Shown here: positions 47,413 through 57,145 of the stretch, one piece after another
Position numbering within the stretch: position 1 is the stretch's first letter
How the letters are laid out: each line of letters begins with the position of its first letter
Origin: a phage
Strand: one strand, 5' to 3'
Sequence record: PZ495249.1
DNA length: 64,000 nt
The notes under the pieces: model-generated
Databases searched by the model: none
What the model was told of the DNA's origin: nothing
What the model saw: only the letters and a program-made list of their open reading frames with translations
Translations under genes and position numbers: made by a program

Positions 47413-47667
47413 TCAATATTCTGTCACTATACCCTTTACCAACGTTTGACGCAACATATTTGTATCGTGATCCAGGCAAATAATCACTAAGTCTCGATCC
47501 CAACCTCCCATCAATTCGATGTTAGCTGCGATTTCCTGTGCAATCCACTCTTCATCGTGATAAAGGGCTTCCATCTCTTTGAGTTCAGCGTAGATTGCTG
47601 CTCGCTCTTCGTCGGTGATTGGTGTCCCATACCGAGAAGGAGTAAACACACTCCATCCGTCCATCAC
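47413..47667 (-). CDS. hypothetical protein
   Basis: Track ORF. Confidence 0.45.
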   Translation of the reverse strand: MMDGWSVFTPSRYGTPITDEERAAIYAELKEMEALYHDEEWIAQEIAANIELMGGWDRDLVIICLDHDTNMLRQTLVKGIVTEY

Positions 47668-47906
47668 TTATCCTCCACGTCACGCTGCTTGATCGTGCAG
47701 CTTATGGCTGGTGAGTAGTCTATCAAAGTACCATCTTTCAAATACACTCGTGTGCCACTCTCCAAAGTCATTGCTGAAATAACCTGATCCTCTGACCAAG
47801 TTACAACTTTGTTTTCGGTGGGATCATCACATTTGACAGCATACACTGTTGATGCATCACAACCTGCGGTGAGAAGGACACACACTGCCAGCAGAATCTT
47901 TTTCAT
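47664..47906 (-). CDS. small lipoprotein
   Basis: Track ORF; MKKILLAVCVLLTAGC lipobox. Confidence 0.55.
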   Translation of the reverse strand: MKKILLAVCVLLTAGCDASTVYAVKCDDPTENKVVTWSEDQVISAMTLESGTRVYLKDGTLIDYSPAISCTIKQRDVEDK

Positions 47907-48019
47907 TTATTTCCCCTTATTGCCTAACCAATACACCAGAGCAATATCCTGGAAAGCTGTGAGCCACAGCATCCAGTGATACATCCCATCCCCGAAGAAA
48001 TGCCAGATAATTGCGCTAA

Positions 48020-48274
48020 TCATTTCTTCTTATACTCATCAAAGCAACCGAGAGGCTCTACTTCATAGCCATCGTATTTAAGCACCATATACTGGCAACC
48101 TGACTTGCGATCAGTGATAATCGCATCAATGAATCCAGACATCCCAACTACTTCGAAACGATCACGCACCACTGCGTCAGATGTGGTGAGTGGTTGAGAA
48201 ATCTGTGCTCCGGCTTGTGCTTGATCACAACCAGCGAGGAGCAGCAGTGCTGCCCCAATAAGAATCTTACGCAT
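48020..48274 (-). CDS. small lipoprotein
   Basis: Track ORF; MRKILIGAALLLLAGC lipobox. Confidence 0.55.
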   Translation of the reverse strand: MRKILIGAALLLLAGCDQAQAGAQISQPLTTSDAVVRDRFEVVGMSGFIDAIITDRKSGCQYMVLKYDGYEVEPLGCFDEYKKK

Positions 48275-48761
48275 CTTGTTCTCCTGTTACAAAGAAGGTG
48301 GCTCCTACTTTCTCGAAGAAAGCTGGAGTGTAGCCGTGATCACATTCAGGGACAAACTCATCCAGACAATGATCGTAGGTGTAATACTGGTCTTCTTCCT
48401 CATTGTAATGGAAAGAAGCCGTGAAGAGCGCCTGGCCTGGTCTACCCCACCAGGTGGCAACAAAGTTTTGCTTGTGTGGGAATCCTTCATGGATTGCCAA
48501 CTTAGGTGCGATTAGCGTACTACCGAGTTGTGTCACCTCATAATCATCAGTCCACGTATAGTGGAAGCCGCCGCTGTCAGCGACATACACTCGTTCACTA
48601 TCTTTGGTGATCATCACCTTGTAAGCCTTGAGATCTTCGTTATCCTCATACCCTTCAAGGATTAAATACTGATCGCCCATCTTGCGCATCACAATCGTGC
48701 CAGTGTGCTCATAGCCAGCGTCATGAATGCGCTGACCAAGAGCCATAGTGTGTTTACCCAT
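48267..48761 (-). CDS. hypothetical protein, tandem paralog B
   Basis: Track ORF; LILEGYEDNEDLK and YTWTDD shared with next gene. Confidence 0.5.
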   Translation of the reverse strand: MGKHTMALGQRIHDAGYEHTGTIVMRKMGDQYLILEGYEDNEDLKAYKVMITKDSERVYVADSGGFHYTWTDDYEVTQLGSTLIAPKLAIHEGFPHKQNFVATWWGRPGQALFTASFHYNEEEDQYYTYDHCLDEFVPECDHGYTPAFFEKVGATFFVTGEQDA

Positions 48762-49036
48762 TATTTCAGCTCCTCTGTCAGACTTGGATCTTCGGTCCAG
48801 GTATAATATCCATCACCAACCTCCTGTAAGAATGCCTTGGGACCGTTCTCAAGGATGATCACTACACGACCTTCCGGCTCTTCAATTAGCGGAAACACAC
48901 GTTTAACCTCTGAGTTGTTTTCATAACCCTCCAGGATTAGCGGTTCACCATTATCACTGGCTTTAGCCACTACGATAACAGTGTGATCAAATGCCTCGTC
49001 ACGGACGATATCGCCCAAGTTTAATTTTAAACTCAT
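48761..49036 (-). CDS. hypothetical protein, tandem paralog B
   Basis: Track ORF; LILEGYENNSEVK, YYTWTEDP. Confidence 0.5.
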   Translation of the reverse strand: MSLKLNLGDIVRDEAFDHTVIVVAKASDNGEPLILEGYENNSEVKRVFPLIEEPEGRVVIILENGPKAFLQEVGDGYYTWTEDPSLTEELK

Positions 49037-49045
49037 AAACCCTCC

Positions 49046-49309
49046 TCAATAAAGATGAAACATAATTTTATAGTGGTGAATAGTGCTTGTCAACAAGGTT
49101 TGAGAAAGTGGCGGCAATTCTCCCAATGCTTTAATCATGTTTTTACAGTTGATATATCTTTCCTGATCAAACCCGCGACGGATCATATGGGTTGTAGCCA
49201 AGTAGTGGGCTGCACTCATAATGTCGTTTGCCAACTCTTGGGCTTTTTGAACATCAGCAGCCTCTTTTCGTGCTCTCAACAAGGCTCTTGTTTTCCAGAC
49301 CGTGATCAT
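49046..49309 (-). CDS. hypothetical protein
   Basis: Track ORF. Confidence 0.45.
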   Translation of the reverse strand: MITVWKTRALLRARKEAADVQKAQELANDIMSAAHYLATTHMIRRGFDQERYINCKNMIKALGELPPLSQTLLTSTIHHYKIMFHLY

Positions 49310-49803
49310 CTCACTGCTCTACTATTCTGGTGGTCTTCGACTCGCGCCTCTACTTTAGCCAGCGTAACACCGCAGTCGATAGCTGATTCCATCAGTTCTT
49401 TCATGGCAATAGGATTGACACCATCACGGATCGCCTGGCGAATCACTTCATTAGCCATTTTACGGATGTTGTCCCAGTGAGGTTGGCTGTACTTACGGAA
49501 TTCATCCGTCATCTCGCCGTATTGATCATGACAAATCATCGGCTCGGCTTCAACAAGCCGCGCAAATATCTTTGCCCGATTAATCCAGGTGGTGGAGAAG
49601 AAGTCTTTATTGATCACAGACCAGTGATCGTTAAAGCCGGAGTAGCCACGGAGATATTTATACTTTGTGTTATCTTCGTCTACCCACGCCCGTACAAGAA
49701 CATCTCCGTCAATGCTCTTACAAATACGCCACGCAACTTTCGTCGCCCATTCTGGGGCATCCTCATTAAGAATAAAACCTTCATCCACTTGCCAAACTTT
49801 CAT
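49306..49803 (-). CDS. hypothetical protein
   Basis: Track ORF. Confidence 0.5.
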   Translation of the reverse strand: MKVWQVDEGFILNEDAPEWATKVAWRICKSIDGDVLVRAWVDEDNTKYKYLRGYSGFNDHWSVINKDFFSTTWINRAKIFARLVEAEPMICHDQYGEMTDEFRKYSQPHWDNIRKMANEVIRQAIRDGVNPIAMKELMESAIDCGVTLAKVEARVEDHQNSRAVR

Positions 49804-50129
49804 TATTGTCCCTCCACATCAGAAATACGTTCTTTAACCCAAGCCAAACGCATTGGATTGAAAATTGCTACGCCAGCGACTGCGTCCGTGACGTAGCGGT
49901 CTTCACCACCGAACGGATAATCTGAATCAAAACCAGCCTGGAAAAACTGTTGATTCATCTCCTGCCGAATGATAAGACACATGTCATGTTCCTCTTCCCA
50001 CCACAATGCATTCGCACACAACCCGCAACTTACTTCGAAGATATCGTGATCGTATGGGTTTTCGCTCTGCGCGAAAGCGAGCCATTCTTTGTAAAACTGT
50101 AACAGTGCTGATGATGACTTGGCAATCAT
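49803..50129 (-). CDS. hypothetical protein
   Basis: Track ORF. Confidence 0.45.
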   Translation of the reverse strand: MIAKSSSALLQFYKEWLAFAQSENPYDHDIFEVSCGLCANALWWEEEHDMCLIIRQEMNQQFFQAGFDSDYPFGGEDRYVTDAVAGVAIFNPMRLAWVKERISDVEGQ

Positions 50130-50329
50130 TGCATATCCTCCTTAGTGATAGTTTCGCCGCAACGCTGGCAGTAGAGCGCTTCTAAACTTTCGTCACGGAG
50201 GGTTTCCATAAACTCCACCGCACCTTCGCCACTAATGTTACGAAGTCCCGCTGGCATGTTTGCCGCGCTGCGCGTTACCACAGGTTTGAATTTATGACCA
50301 AACAACATTCCTGCTACACCTTTACACAT
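50126..50329 (-). CDS. hypothetical Zn-ribbon-like protein
   Basis: Track ORF. Confidence 0.45.
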   Translation of the reverse strand: MCKGVAGMLFGHKFKPVVTRSAANMPAGLRNISGEGAVEFMETLRDESLEALYCQRCGETITKEDMQ

Positions 50330-50514
50330 GATCTGTCTCCTCAGTGGAATTTACAGTAAGCTACAACAATGACTGCGAGAATGAAAGGATACATCGCCAT
50401 GAAACGACCATAGGCCGTGTCCTTCTCTTTGACATTACCCATGCAGATAGCAAGTACAGCCGCCAGTGTCAGTAGTGCGATAATCGTATCACTTGTGCTC
50501 ATTCTCGTTTCTCC

Positions 50515-50733
50515 TCATTTGTTGTCTTGCTTGTATCTTACATACCTCTGGCAGTCCATGTCAAGAAATTTTTCTGCTTCTTTTTGATGTTTTAGCACGA
50601 TGCACAATTCTTTCTCTTGCTCCCCTTTTCGATCAGCTTCATCGAGGATAGCACCAAGCTCTACAACACCCCAAATTAGAGCAGCAATGAAGACTGCGTA
50701 AACAACAACGACACCCAAATCAAGATATTTCAT
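50515..50733 (-). CDS. small membrane protein
   Basis: Track ORF; hydrophobic N-terminus. Confidence 0.45.
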   Translation of the reverse strand: MKYLDLGVVVVYAVFIAALIWGVVELGAILDEADRKGEQEKELCIVLKHQKEAEKFLDMDCQRYVRYKQDNK

Positions 50734-50933
50734 ACTTCCTCCACATCAAGAAGATTAATTGTCACACGTAAACGCACGTCTGACTTAGGGAAGAACCTCA
50801 ACACATGGTTGAAGATATATTCTCGTGCGAGGTTGTAGTTTGGAAGCTTCACCTTCACCAGATCGTAAGTTTCTGAACCACTCAACCAGAATGACTTCAC
50901 TGTCCAGATGTACGTAGGGTATTTATTCTCCAT
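50730..50933 (-). CDS. hypothetical protein
   Basis: Track ORF. Confidence 0.45.
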   Translation of the reverse strand: MENKYPTYIWTVKSFWLSGSETYDLVKVKLPNYNLAREYIFNHVLRFFPKSDVRLRVTINLLDVEEV

Positions 50934-51162
50934 AAGGCCACCCTGATACGTTTTCCAGTGGTTTGTAGAAGTCTCTGAGCCTACGCTTCACTGTTTCATA
51001 GCTCTCACTCACTTCAATCTCTTCATAACCACCGTCACCATTCTTCCAGTTCATCTGGATCATGGCGTTGTCTCCCCATTTAGAGACACGGCGAATATCG
51101 TTTGGGTTTACAATAAAGGGATCATCGCTATGTTCGTAGTGAAACTCAATCTGGTCTTTCAT
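50923..51162 (-). CDS. hypothetical protein
   Basis: Track ORF 50923..51189 trimmed to ATG with GAGGTG RBS. Confidence 0.45.
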   Translation of the reverse strand: MKDQIEFHYEHSDDPFIVNPNDIRRVSKWGDNAMIQMNWKNGDGGYEEIEVSESYETVKRRLRDFYKPLENVSGWPYGE

Positions 51163-51368
51163 GTTTTCACCTCGAAAGTTATACCCCAAAGCCTTTCAAT
51201 ATCATAATCGGGAATAGCATCGCCATCTCCATCAATTATTACCAACCCGTAAGAAGATAGCCTATTGCTGTCCGGCTCGCACTTGAACAGTTCAAACGCC
51301 TGGTAAGTTTCCCCATCTTTGAAACACGCACAATTCGTGTTGGGCTTACATTTTGCAATCACTTTCAT
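51159..51368 (-). CDS. hypothetical Cys-containing protein
   Basis: Track ORF 51159..51419 trimmed to ATG with AGAGGAGG RBS. Confidence 0.45.
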   Translation of the reverse strand: MKVIAKCKPNTNCACFKDGETYQAFELFKCEPDSNRLSSYGLVIIDGDGDAIPDYDIERLWGITFEVKT

Positions 51369-52329
51369 TTGAAACCTCCTCTGTAAGGGTGTCCACACGT
51401 ACACCACCAAATCTTTCATAGATACTAACCACTTTATCGTAGTCTGTCAAGGCTACCGTTTCTGTCCATCCATCAGGCATGTCAAATTTGGATACAACAC
51501 AACACTGCAAAGTATCTTTACATGTTTTTTCTGCTGCTTTGCACAGTTTAGTGGTTTCAAACCTGTACAATCCAATACGTTCCATCTTAACTTTGTTGTT
51601 ATAATTTTGTTCTCTTATACGAAGATCACTATTTGTTGCTACCCCAAACTTAATAGCCATAACCACACCATTATCGCGTATGATATTGATATAACATTCA
51701 AATTGATTATGTCCTGCACACTCAGGGCAACCTGATCCGCGTAAAAGAGAACCCGTGGTTTTCACCTGTTCACCATGTACTGGACATATGTACTTAAACT
51801 TAGTAGTGTTCCCAATACGTTCAGGACTAATTTCTAACCACCCGTTAAAAATTAATCCTGTTTTTTCAAGTTCTTTTTCTATCCTGTACTGCCATTGCTC
51901 ATTGTTAAATCTGAAATTATGTGCGCACCTACACGGAACGGAACCTCTTGTCAAAGATTGTGTTGTGGATAAAAATACCCCAGAACAGTTACCGCTGCTC
52001 ACGTAGCCATCTACCGAACACTTAGGACAGAACACTTGCCATTGCGAGGCATGACCATCCAAATCATTATCATTAACTGGCGTGAAAACCGTCCCCTCTG
52101 TAAACTTACCTGTTTTGTAAAAATTTTCAATGTGCTCAGTAACGGTTAATGGCTTGGGTAATAAAGCTGATAGAGCCTCACTTGGACTATCTCCTCGGTG
52201 TAATCTTGCACGATATGATCCATTCTTGATACCCAACCAATCGCAAATTTGCGTCATGTTAAGTAAATTAACATCTGAACTCTCAAATACTTTACCATCC
52301 AGTGTTAGTTTTATCTCTAATTCCACCAC
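51346..52329 (-). CDS. hypothetical Cys-rich protein, possibly nuclease/Zn-finger-like
   Basis: Track ORF 327 aa; several CxxC/CPxC pairs. Confidence 0.5.
   Translation of the reverse strand: MVELEIKLTLDGKVFESSDVNLLNMTQICDWLGIKNGSYRARLHRGDSPSEALSALLPKPLTVTEHIENFYKTGKFTEGTVFTPVNDNDLDGHASQWQVFCPKCSVDGYVSSGNCSGVFLSTTQSLTRGSVPCRCAHNFRFNNEQWQYRIEKELEKTGLIFNGWLEISPERIGNTTKFKYICPVHGEQVKTTGSLLRGSGCPECAGHNQFECYINIIRDNGVVMAIKFGVATNSDLRIREQNYNNKVKMERIGLYRFETTKLCKAAEKTCKDTLQCCVVSKFDMPDGWTETVALTDYDKVVSIYERFGGVRVDTLTEEVSNESDCKM
51422..51450 (-). promoter_or_regulatory. sigma70-like promoter inside 3' end of upstream CDS
   Basis: Minus strand TTGACA-17nt-TAGTAT about 54 nt upstream of 51368 start. Confidence 0.45.
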
Positions 52330-52440
52330 TTCGCTCCGAAATATTTACAAACCCGATTGGCAAGCCACAAGGTGACGCTTGTCACTGCCCCGAAGATAAG
52401 TAGCAGGGACACTCCTAAGAGTAGCCCCGCAGCGGTAGTG

Positions 52441-52884
52441 CTATCCATTCGAATCACCATCTTTTAAAAATTCGTCAAGGATGTGACGAACAGGATCTAT
52501 TTTAGCATTTACATCGTCAATCTCAACTTGTAATGCCCTCTGAATGTAAGCGCAGCGTTTTGCACCAGAATAAGTGGAGAAATCGAACGCTTGTGCTACG
52601 ACAGGAGCAATGAAGTTGATTGCCATGATCTCTGCGGCATCGTTGAAACTCCGCTTACTGGCAGGAACGGTTAATGCTCTTTCTCTCACATCACGTTCAT
52701 GTTCGCGTAGAGAATTACGTATCTCGAAAGCCTGACCCACTTTTGTACGTTGTTCATCAAACACCATGCCGATATATGTTTTCCAGATTCCCAACACCTC
52801 TTGATAGCGGTCTTGAGCACCAAGTTGCATAATCATTTGTACAAGTTCTGCTGTTTCTTCTTCGGTGATATGTTCTTCTTGCAT
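52441..52884 (-). CDS. hypothetical protein
   Basis: Track ORF. Confidence 0.5.
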   Translation of the reverse strand: MQEEHITEEETAELVQMIMQLGAQDRYQEVLGIWKTYIGMVFDEQRTKVGQAFEIRNSLREHERDVRERALTVPASKRSFNDAAEIMAINFIAPVVAQAFDFSTYSGAKRCAYIQRALQVEIDDVNAKIDPVRHILDEFLKDGDSNG

Positions 52885-53009
52885 TGTCCCTCCTTAATCG
52901 AATACGTCACAGAGTCCATCAATAATCTCTGCGAAAACTTTGTATAGCTTAAACCGAATCATCAGCCAAAGCAAGAGAATAATTCCTGCACCAATCAAAA
53001 GAATAGTGG

Positions 53010-53294
53010 TTAGTGACATTCAATATACCCCCTTTCCTTAGCCACCTGGATGTAGCTGTTAATCAGCAAAATAATGTTTGCAAATTGGTCTTGCATATCA
53101 TCCGGCAAGGTGAAGAAAATCGCTGCACCGAAATGACCGTTATACTCGATAAGCTGTGCGCCAGCAGCCGAAAGAAGATCGCAGAGCGTTGCTGCATTCT
53201 TTTCTTCATTCACTTCATCAAGCGCCTCAATAGCAACGAATTGCTCCACTGTTATTTCTGCACAGTAACTTCTGGCAACGACTGTAACTTCCAT
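53010..53294 (-). CDS. hypothetical acidic protein
   Basis: Track ORF. Confidence 0.45.
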   Translation of the reverse strand: MEVTVVARSYCAEITVEQFVAIEALDEVNEEKNAATLCDLLSAAGAQLIEYNGHFGAAIFFTLPDDMQDQFANIILLINSYIQVAKERGYIECH

Positions 53295-53494
53295 TATTCC
53301 CCCTTACTGAATTTGGCTCTCACCCAATCAAGCGCTGCATCGACAGCATTCATGATCGCAAAGCTTACGAAGAAGTAGGCAAACGCTTTCCAGCCATCAA
53401 AATAGTAGGTGGCAATGCCGATAGAGATAGCCACATTCAGAATCTGGTTAACCACCAACACTGCTTTATCACTCAGTCCTTCAACTTTCATTGG
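53294..53494 (-). CDS. small membrane protein
   Basis: Track ORF 53294..53554 trimmed to ATG with AAAGGAGA RBS. Confidence 0.4.
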   Translation of the reverse strand, partial: PMKVEGLSDKAVLVVNQILNVAISIGIATYYFDGWKAFAYFFVSFAIMNAVDAALDWVRAKFSKGE

Positions 53495-53513
53495 ATCTCC
53501 TTTCGTTTTGATT

Positions 53514-53810
53514 TTATGCAAGCATAAGATAGGTTTGACGTTTACCCGTTCCACCTATCTTCTTCATTACGACTTTCCCTTTCTTAATCAATCGTTTAAG
53601 ATCAGGATCGTAATGTGTATTGGCTTGCCATTTATTGTTAACAGGAATACTACCGTGTTCTTCCAAATAACGCAAGATCATTTTACGACGTTCTGCACCC
53701 TGTGTCATGTAGCGCCAGTTATTTGGTTTTACAAAGCTGCTCTCAGGGTGCATCACCTTGTACAGATTGAATAAGGCTTGCCGCTCTCTACGGGTTTTCA
53801 TCTTAGCCAT
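53514..53810 (-). CDS. hypothetical basic protein, possible DNA-binding
   Basis: Track ORF; Lys/Arg-rich. Confidence 0.45.
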   Translation of the reverse strand: MAKMKTRRERQALFNLYKVMHPESSFVKPNNWRYMTQGAERRKMILRYLEEHGSIPVNNKWQANTHYDPDLKRLIKKGKVVMKKIGGTGKRQTYLMLA

Positions 53811-54079
53811 CAGTCATCCTCCAACGGAGCATCGAGATCAACCTCAACGCCCTTAGTTAATTCTTTGACAGCATCCCAGATCGGTACGCCTGTTTGCACA
53901 AGCTCAAGCTCACTCTCTCCGATGAAGAGCCACCCGAAGCGGTCAACAGAGTACGCCCACTCCGCTTTGTTATGCTCGTTTCCCTCACTCCAGAAGATAG
54001 CTGTGACATGACCTTCTTTGCCGTGATAAGTGTCACGGACGAGATCACCAATCTTAAATTTCTGTTCAGGATTCACCAC
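53810..54079 (-). CDS. hypothetical protein
   Basis: Track ORF. Confidence 0.45.
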   Translation of the reverse strand: MVNPEQKFKIGDLVRDTYHGKEGHVTAIFWSEGNEHNKAEWAYSVDRFGWLFIGESELELVQTGVPIWDAVKELTKGVEVDLDAPLEDD

Positions 54080-54146
54080 AGTTCACCTCCAGTTAATATC
54101 ACCCAAAGTAGTAAGACGAGGAACCAGCATATCAATATATCATCCA

Positions 54147-54344
54147 TCATTTACCACCTGGTTCACACAGTTGAACATCTTGCTCACGCTCAAAGAGCCA
54201 AGCCATTTCGTTTAGGGGACCGAAAGTGGCTCTACCTTTACGCATAACACGCTTCGTGATCCTACCACCCTGACTCAAGTAGCGTTCCATCCAGACATAG
54301 CATGGATAATCGTCGAAGGGAATATGTTTCTTATTACCTTTCAT
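54147..54344 (-). CDS. hypothetical protein
   Basis: Track ORF. Confidence 0.4.
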   Translation of the reverse strand: MKGNKKHIPFDDYPCYVWMERYLSQGGRITKRVMRKGRATFGPLNEMAWLFEREQDVQLCEPGGK

Positions 54345-54538
54345 TGTACATGTTCCTCCACCATTTTCAAGATTTCTTTCATGAGCAACTCCCTACGGTA
54401 GACGCCTGTGAAAGGGTTGCCATAGTCTTCAATCAGGGAGAGTAGCTTCTCCTGTACCACCTTACGTTGTTCAAATTCTTCCTCCAGCATTTTTGGTTTG
54501 TGTTGAAGGTTTTCACACATGGCATCTACAAGATTCAT
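54341..54538 (-). CDS. hypothetical protein, paralog family C (short)
   Basis: Track ORF; LLSLIEDYGNPFTGVYRRELL. Confidence 0.45.
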   Translation of the reverse strand: MNLVDAMCENLQHKPKMLEEEFEQRKVVQEKLLSLIEDYGNPFTGVYRRELLMKEILKMVEEHVQ

Positions 54539-55056
54539 TACACACCCTCCTCAATCATCTTAATGATCTCTTTGAGCAGACGCTTCTCTTCTTCGTGATA
54601 AGCAAGCATAGCCTGAACAGAGCCACATTCACTTTCATAATACACCCCGCTAATAGCTTCGCCGTACTCTTGCACGAGGGAGATCAGCTTATCTTTACGC
54701 CCTGCGTCTGCGACATTTTGCACGAAAGTGCCAGAGACAGTGATCATATCCTGCATGGAAAGGTCAGCAGCCCTTTGGTTAGCAGCTAAGGCTTCTTCCG
54801 CAGGATTGGGATTGAAGCAATCGTACAGAGTACGAGGAGCTTCTTCTTCCATAACCTGCACTTCATAGCTATAGAAAGCGTATTCACATCCTTCGTAAAC
54901 GTCATCTGGGCTGTAGAACCATCCTGGCAAAGCAGAAATTACATCATATGAGATGTAATAGAGAGAATAACCCTTACGCTCAACTTCCACTTCGACAGGG
55001 AATTGCACCTCAGCCAACCCGTCATAACCACCGCTATGTAACAATTTCACTCTCAT
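54538..55056 (-). CDS. hypothetical protein, paralog family C
   Basis: Track ORF 54538..55107 trimmed to ATG with GGGAGG RBS; MRVKLLHSGGYDGLAEVQFPVEVEV. Confidence 0.5.
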   Translation of the reverse strand: MRVKLLHSGGYDGLAEVQFPVEVEVERKGYSLYYISYDVISALPGWFYSPDDVYEGCEYAFYSYEVQVMEEEAPRTLYDCFNPNPAEEALAANQRAADLSMQDMITVSGTFVQNVADAGRKDKLISLVQEYGEAISGVYYESECGSVQAMLAYHEEEKRLLKEIIKMIEEGV

Positions 55057-55295
55057 GATTCTACCTCCCAAGGTGTATTTGTTATGAATATACCCATATT
55101 CAAACATGTTTGCAACTGTTGTTTCTTCGCTTCAAGACAGCGCTGCATATGGAAGAGTACATGTTGATCAACAGGCTCTACACGTTCCAGGGCTTCTTGC
55201 ACATTACCTAAGTGGGTTTGCAAATCCTCAATACGATCCAGAATATCTCTACGATCATATACACTAATCACTCTGCCTAAGTATAGCTCGCTCAT
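55053..55295 (-). CDS. hypothetical protein
   Basis: Track ORF. Confidence 0.45.
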   Translation of the reverse strand: MSELYLGRVISVYDRRDILDRIEDLQTHLGNVQEALERVEPVDQHVLFHMQRCLEAKKQQLQTCLNMGIFITNTPWEVES

Positions 55296-55708
55296 ATCAG
55301 TTGCTCCTTAACGATTTTCTCAATCGTCTTGTACAGACGTTCCGCACGATCTACTCCTGTCTGAGGATTACCATAATCACGGATCAGAGAGAGCAATCGT
55401 TCCTGACGTTCGTTGGAAGCTTCCACCATCTCTGCATAGAGAGCATCCAGATCAATCTCTTGTGACTTACACACATAAGGTGTCTCTTGAGGAGCGTGAG
55501 CGACGATTTCAAACTCACCATTCCAGAACAGGTAGTAACCCTCGTTGAGACATTCCGAGGTGATCCACTCATACCCTGGAACACGCTTAAATTCTTCGCG
55601 TGGAACAAAGACACGATTCTCATTACAATCTTCTGCCTCCACCTCCACAGGGAAATCAATTGCACTCAGACCAACAAACCCACCATCATTTAACAGTCTT
55701 ACTTTCAT
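55292..55708 (-). CDS. hypothetical protein, paralog family C
   Basis: Track ORF 55292..55717 trimmed to ATG; MKVRLLNDGGFVGLSAIDFPVEVEA and LLSLIRDYGNPQTGV. Confidence 0.5.
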   Translation of the reverse strand: MKVRLLNDGGFVGLSAIDFPVEVEAEDCNENRVFVPREEFKRVPGYEWITSECLNEGYYLFWNGEFEIVAHAPQETPYVCKSQEIDLDALYAEMVEASNERQERLLSLIRDYGNPQTGVDRAERLYKTIEKIVKEQLI

Positions 55709-55871
55709 GATATCCACCCCTTATCCGCAGCAACAAACACAAGGAACAACATAGCCCAACACACCAAGAAGGTTGCTACAAGTTCCCACATTAAACGTTT
55801 CATACTCACCTCTCATTGGCTTTCTTTCATGACAATCAGCCTACACCCTTCCCCGAAAGAAAGCAAGCAGT

Positions 55872-56057
55872 TTAAGATAGATACCACTTAAAGCCACAAG
55901 ATGGACAACAAGGCTCTTTGATACGGAGTTGTTCAGGAGCTTTCACCGGAGCATCTTTCAGGTTGTATGAAGTGAAGCATCTTGCACAAGTCACATCCTT
56001 ATCTGGAATCTCCATCTCAAACCAAGGAAGACCATTACCCCTCTTTGTCACTTTCAT
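55872..56057 (-). CDS. hypothetical Zn-ribbon protein
   Basis: Track ORF 55872..56069 trimmed to ATG with GGGAGGG RBS; CARC...CCPSCG. Confidence 0.45.
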   Translation of the reverse strand: MKVTKRGNGLPWFEMEIPDKDVTCARCFTSYNLKDAPVKAPEQLRIKEPCCPSCGFKWYLS

Positions 56058-56375
56058 ATACCCTCCCAATGGAAATCTTTCACGACCTTCATAGTAGACT
56101 TAATTACCCAACATTTCTAATAGCTTTTCCCTATCAATTATCCCCGAATAATCGTCTATTTTCCCCGAAAGATTAGACTAAAATTTCATCAGAGAAATCC
56201 GAATTCTATCCCCGTATACCCAGTTTATTTTGACACCCCCTGTTTTGCTATGAGCAGACCGAAAATATCCTTATAGGTCAGATGGTTAGGCCAAAACACT
56301 GCGCCATTGCGTGAGGTGCTTAACGCGATTTTTCGTGCCACCCCATTTCTCGACCGCACAATCCCCAAATATCAA

Positions 56376-56390
56376 TGAGAATCATTCTCA
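56376..56390. promoter_or_regulatory. perfect 7-1-7 palindrome TGAGAATCATTCTCA, operator-like
   Basis: Identical copy at 58172-58186; related AAATGAGA-N5-TCTCATTT at 56568-56590. Confidence 0.5.
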
Positions 56391-56567
56391 ATATCATTAG
56401 CATTCAATAACTTAGCTCACATTGTATATAGTTTCATGAGTGAACAATTACTTTTCTATCTAACAAGCAATAACTCTTTATGAATCAATGAGTTGGCAAG
56501 TCTAAACATCTGTTTGAGTGTTGCCAAATGGCTCGACCGTGGGCGCTCCCTCCTCGCTCATGCAAAT

Positions 56568-56590
56568 CAAATGAGAATGACTCTCATTTG
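56568..56590. promoter_or_regulatory. inverted repeat CAAATGAGA-N5-TCTCATTTG
   Basis: Shares TGAGA/TCTCA arms with the 15-bp palindromes. Confidence 0.4.
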
Positions 56591-56710
56591 TATATATTCT
56601 GTACCACAAAAGCCCGAATAAATCAAGAAAAGTCTCAAAGTTTCTCTTTTACGAGAAGTGGCTCAACATCTCACGATGTTTCTGCCCCCAAATTATATGC
56701 TTTTGAATGA

Positions 56711-57145
56711 TTAGGGTGCTAACAGTTGCCCTACTCGGTCGCCTGTCATTGCCCCCAAAATGATTAGCAATCGAATAGTTTCACAATGAAACAATCGCTG
56801 ATGATCATACCTGCATTTGTTAGTGTGCTAACAATGCCACCCTGTTATCGTTAGTGTGCTAACGATGATACATGCTAATAATAACGCACGTAATGGTTGA
56901 CAGCGTAAGCTATTACGCTTGCAAACATTGCAAGCTACATAATAACATGAGTGACTATTAGGAATAGTCATGAAATGGTGTGGTGTAGTTGCGTTATTAT
57001 TAGCTGCCTACGTTTCCGGCGTAGGCGCTAATGATACGCTTGCTAATAATTTTCCCCGAAATAATGTACTACGTGATAGTACCCCTCCGTGATGAATAGC
57101 TTTTTGAATAGATTATTCATAAGTTAATAGTTAGAATGCTAACAA
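56711..57145. repeat. four copies of TTAG-N3-GCTAAC inverted-repeat motif (iteron/operator-like)
   Basis: TTGTTAGTGTGCTAACAA at 56817, TCGTTAGTGTGCTAACGA at 56848, TTAGGGTGCTAAC at 56711, TTAGAATGCTAAC at 57131. Confidence 0.5.

Noticed and set aside
56528-56710. 60-aa plus-strand ORF in the non-coding hub
   Set aside because: No Shine-Dalgarno; overlaps the palindromic repeats; more likely regulatory DNA than coding.
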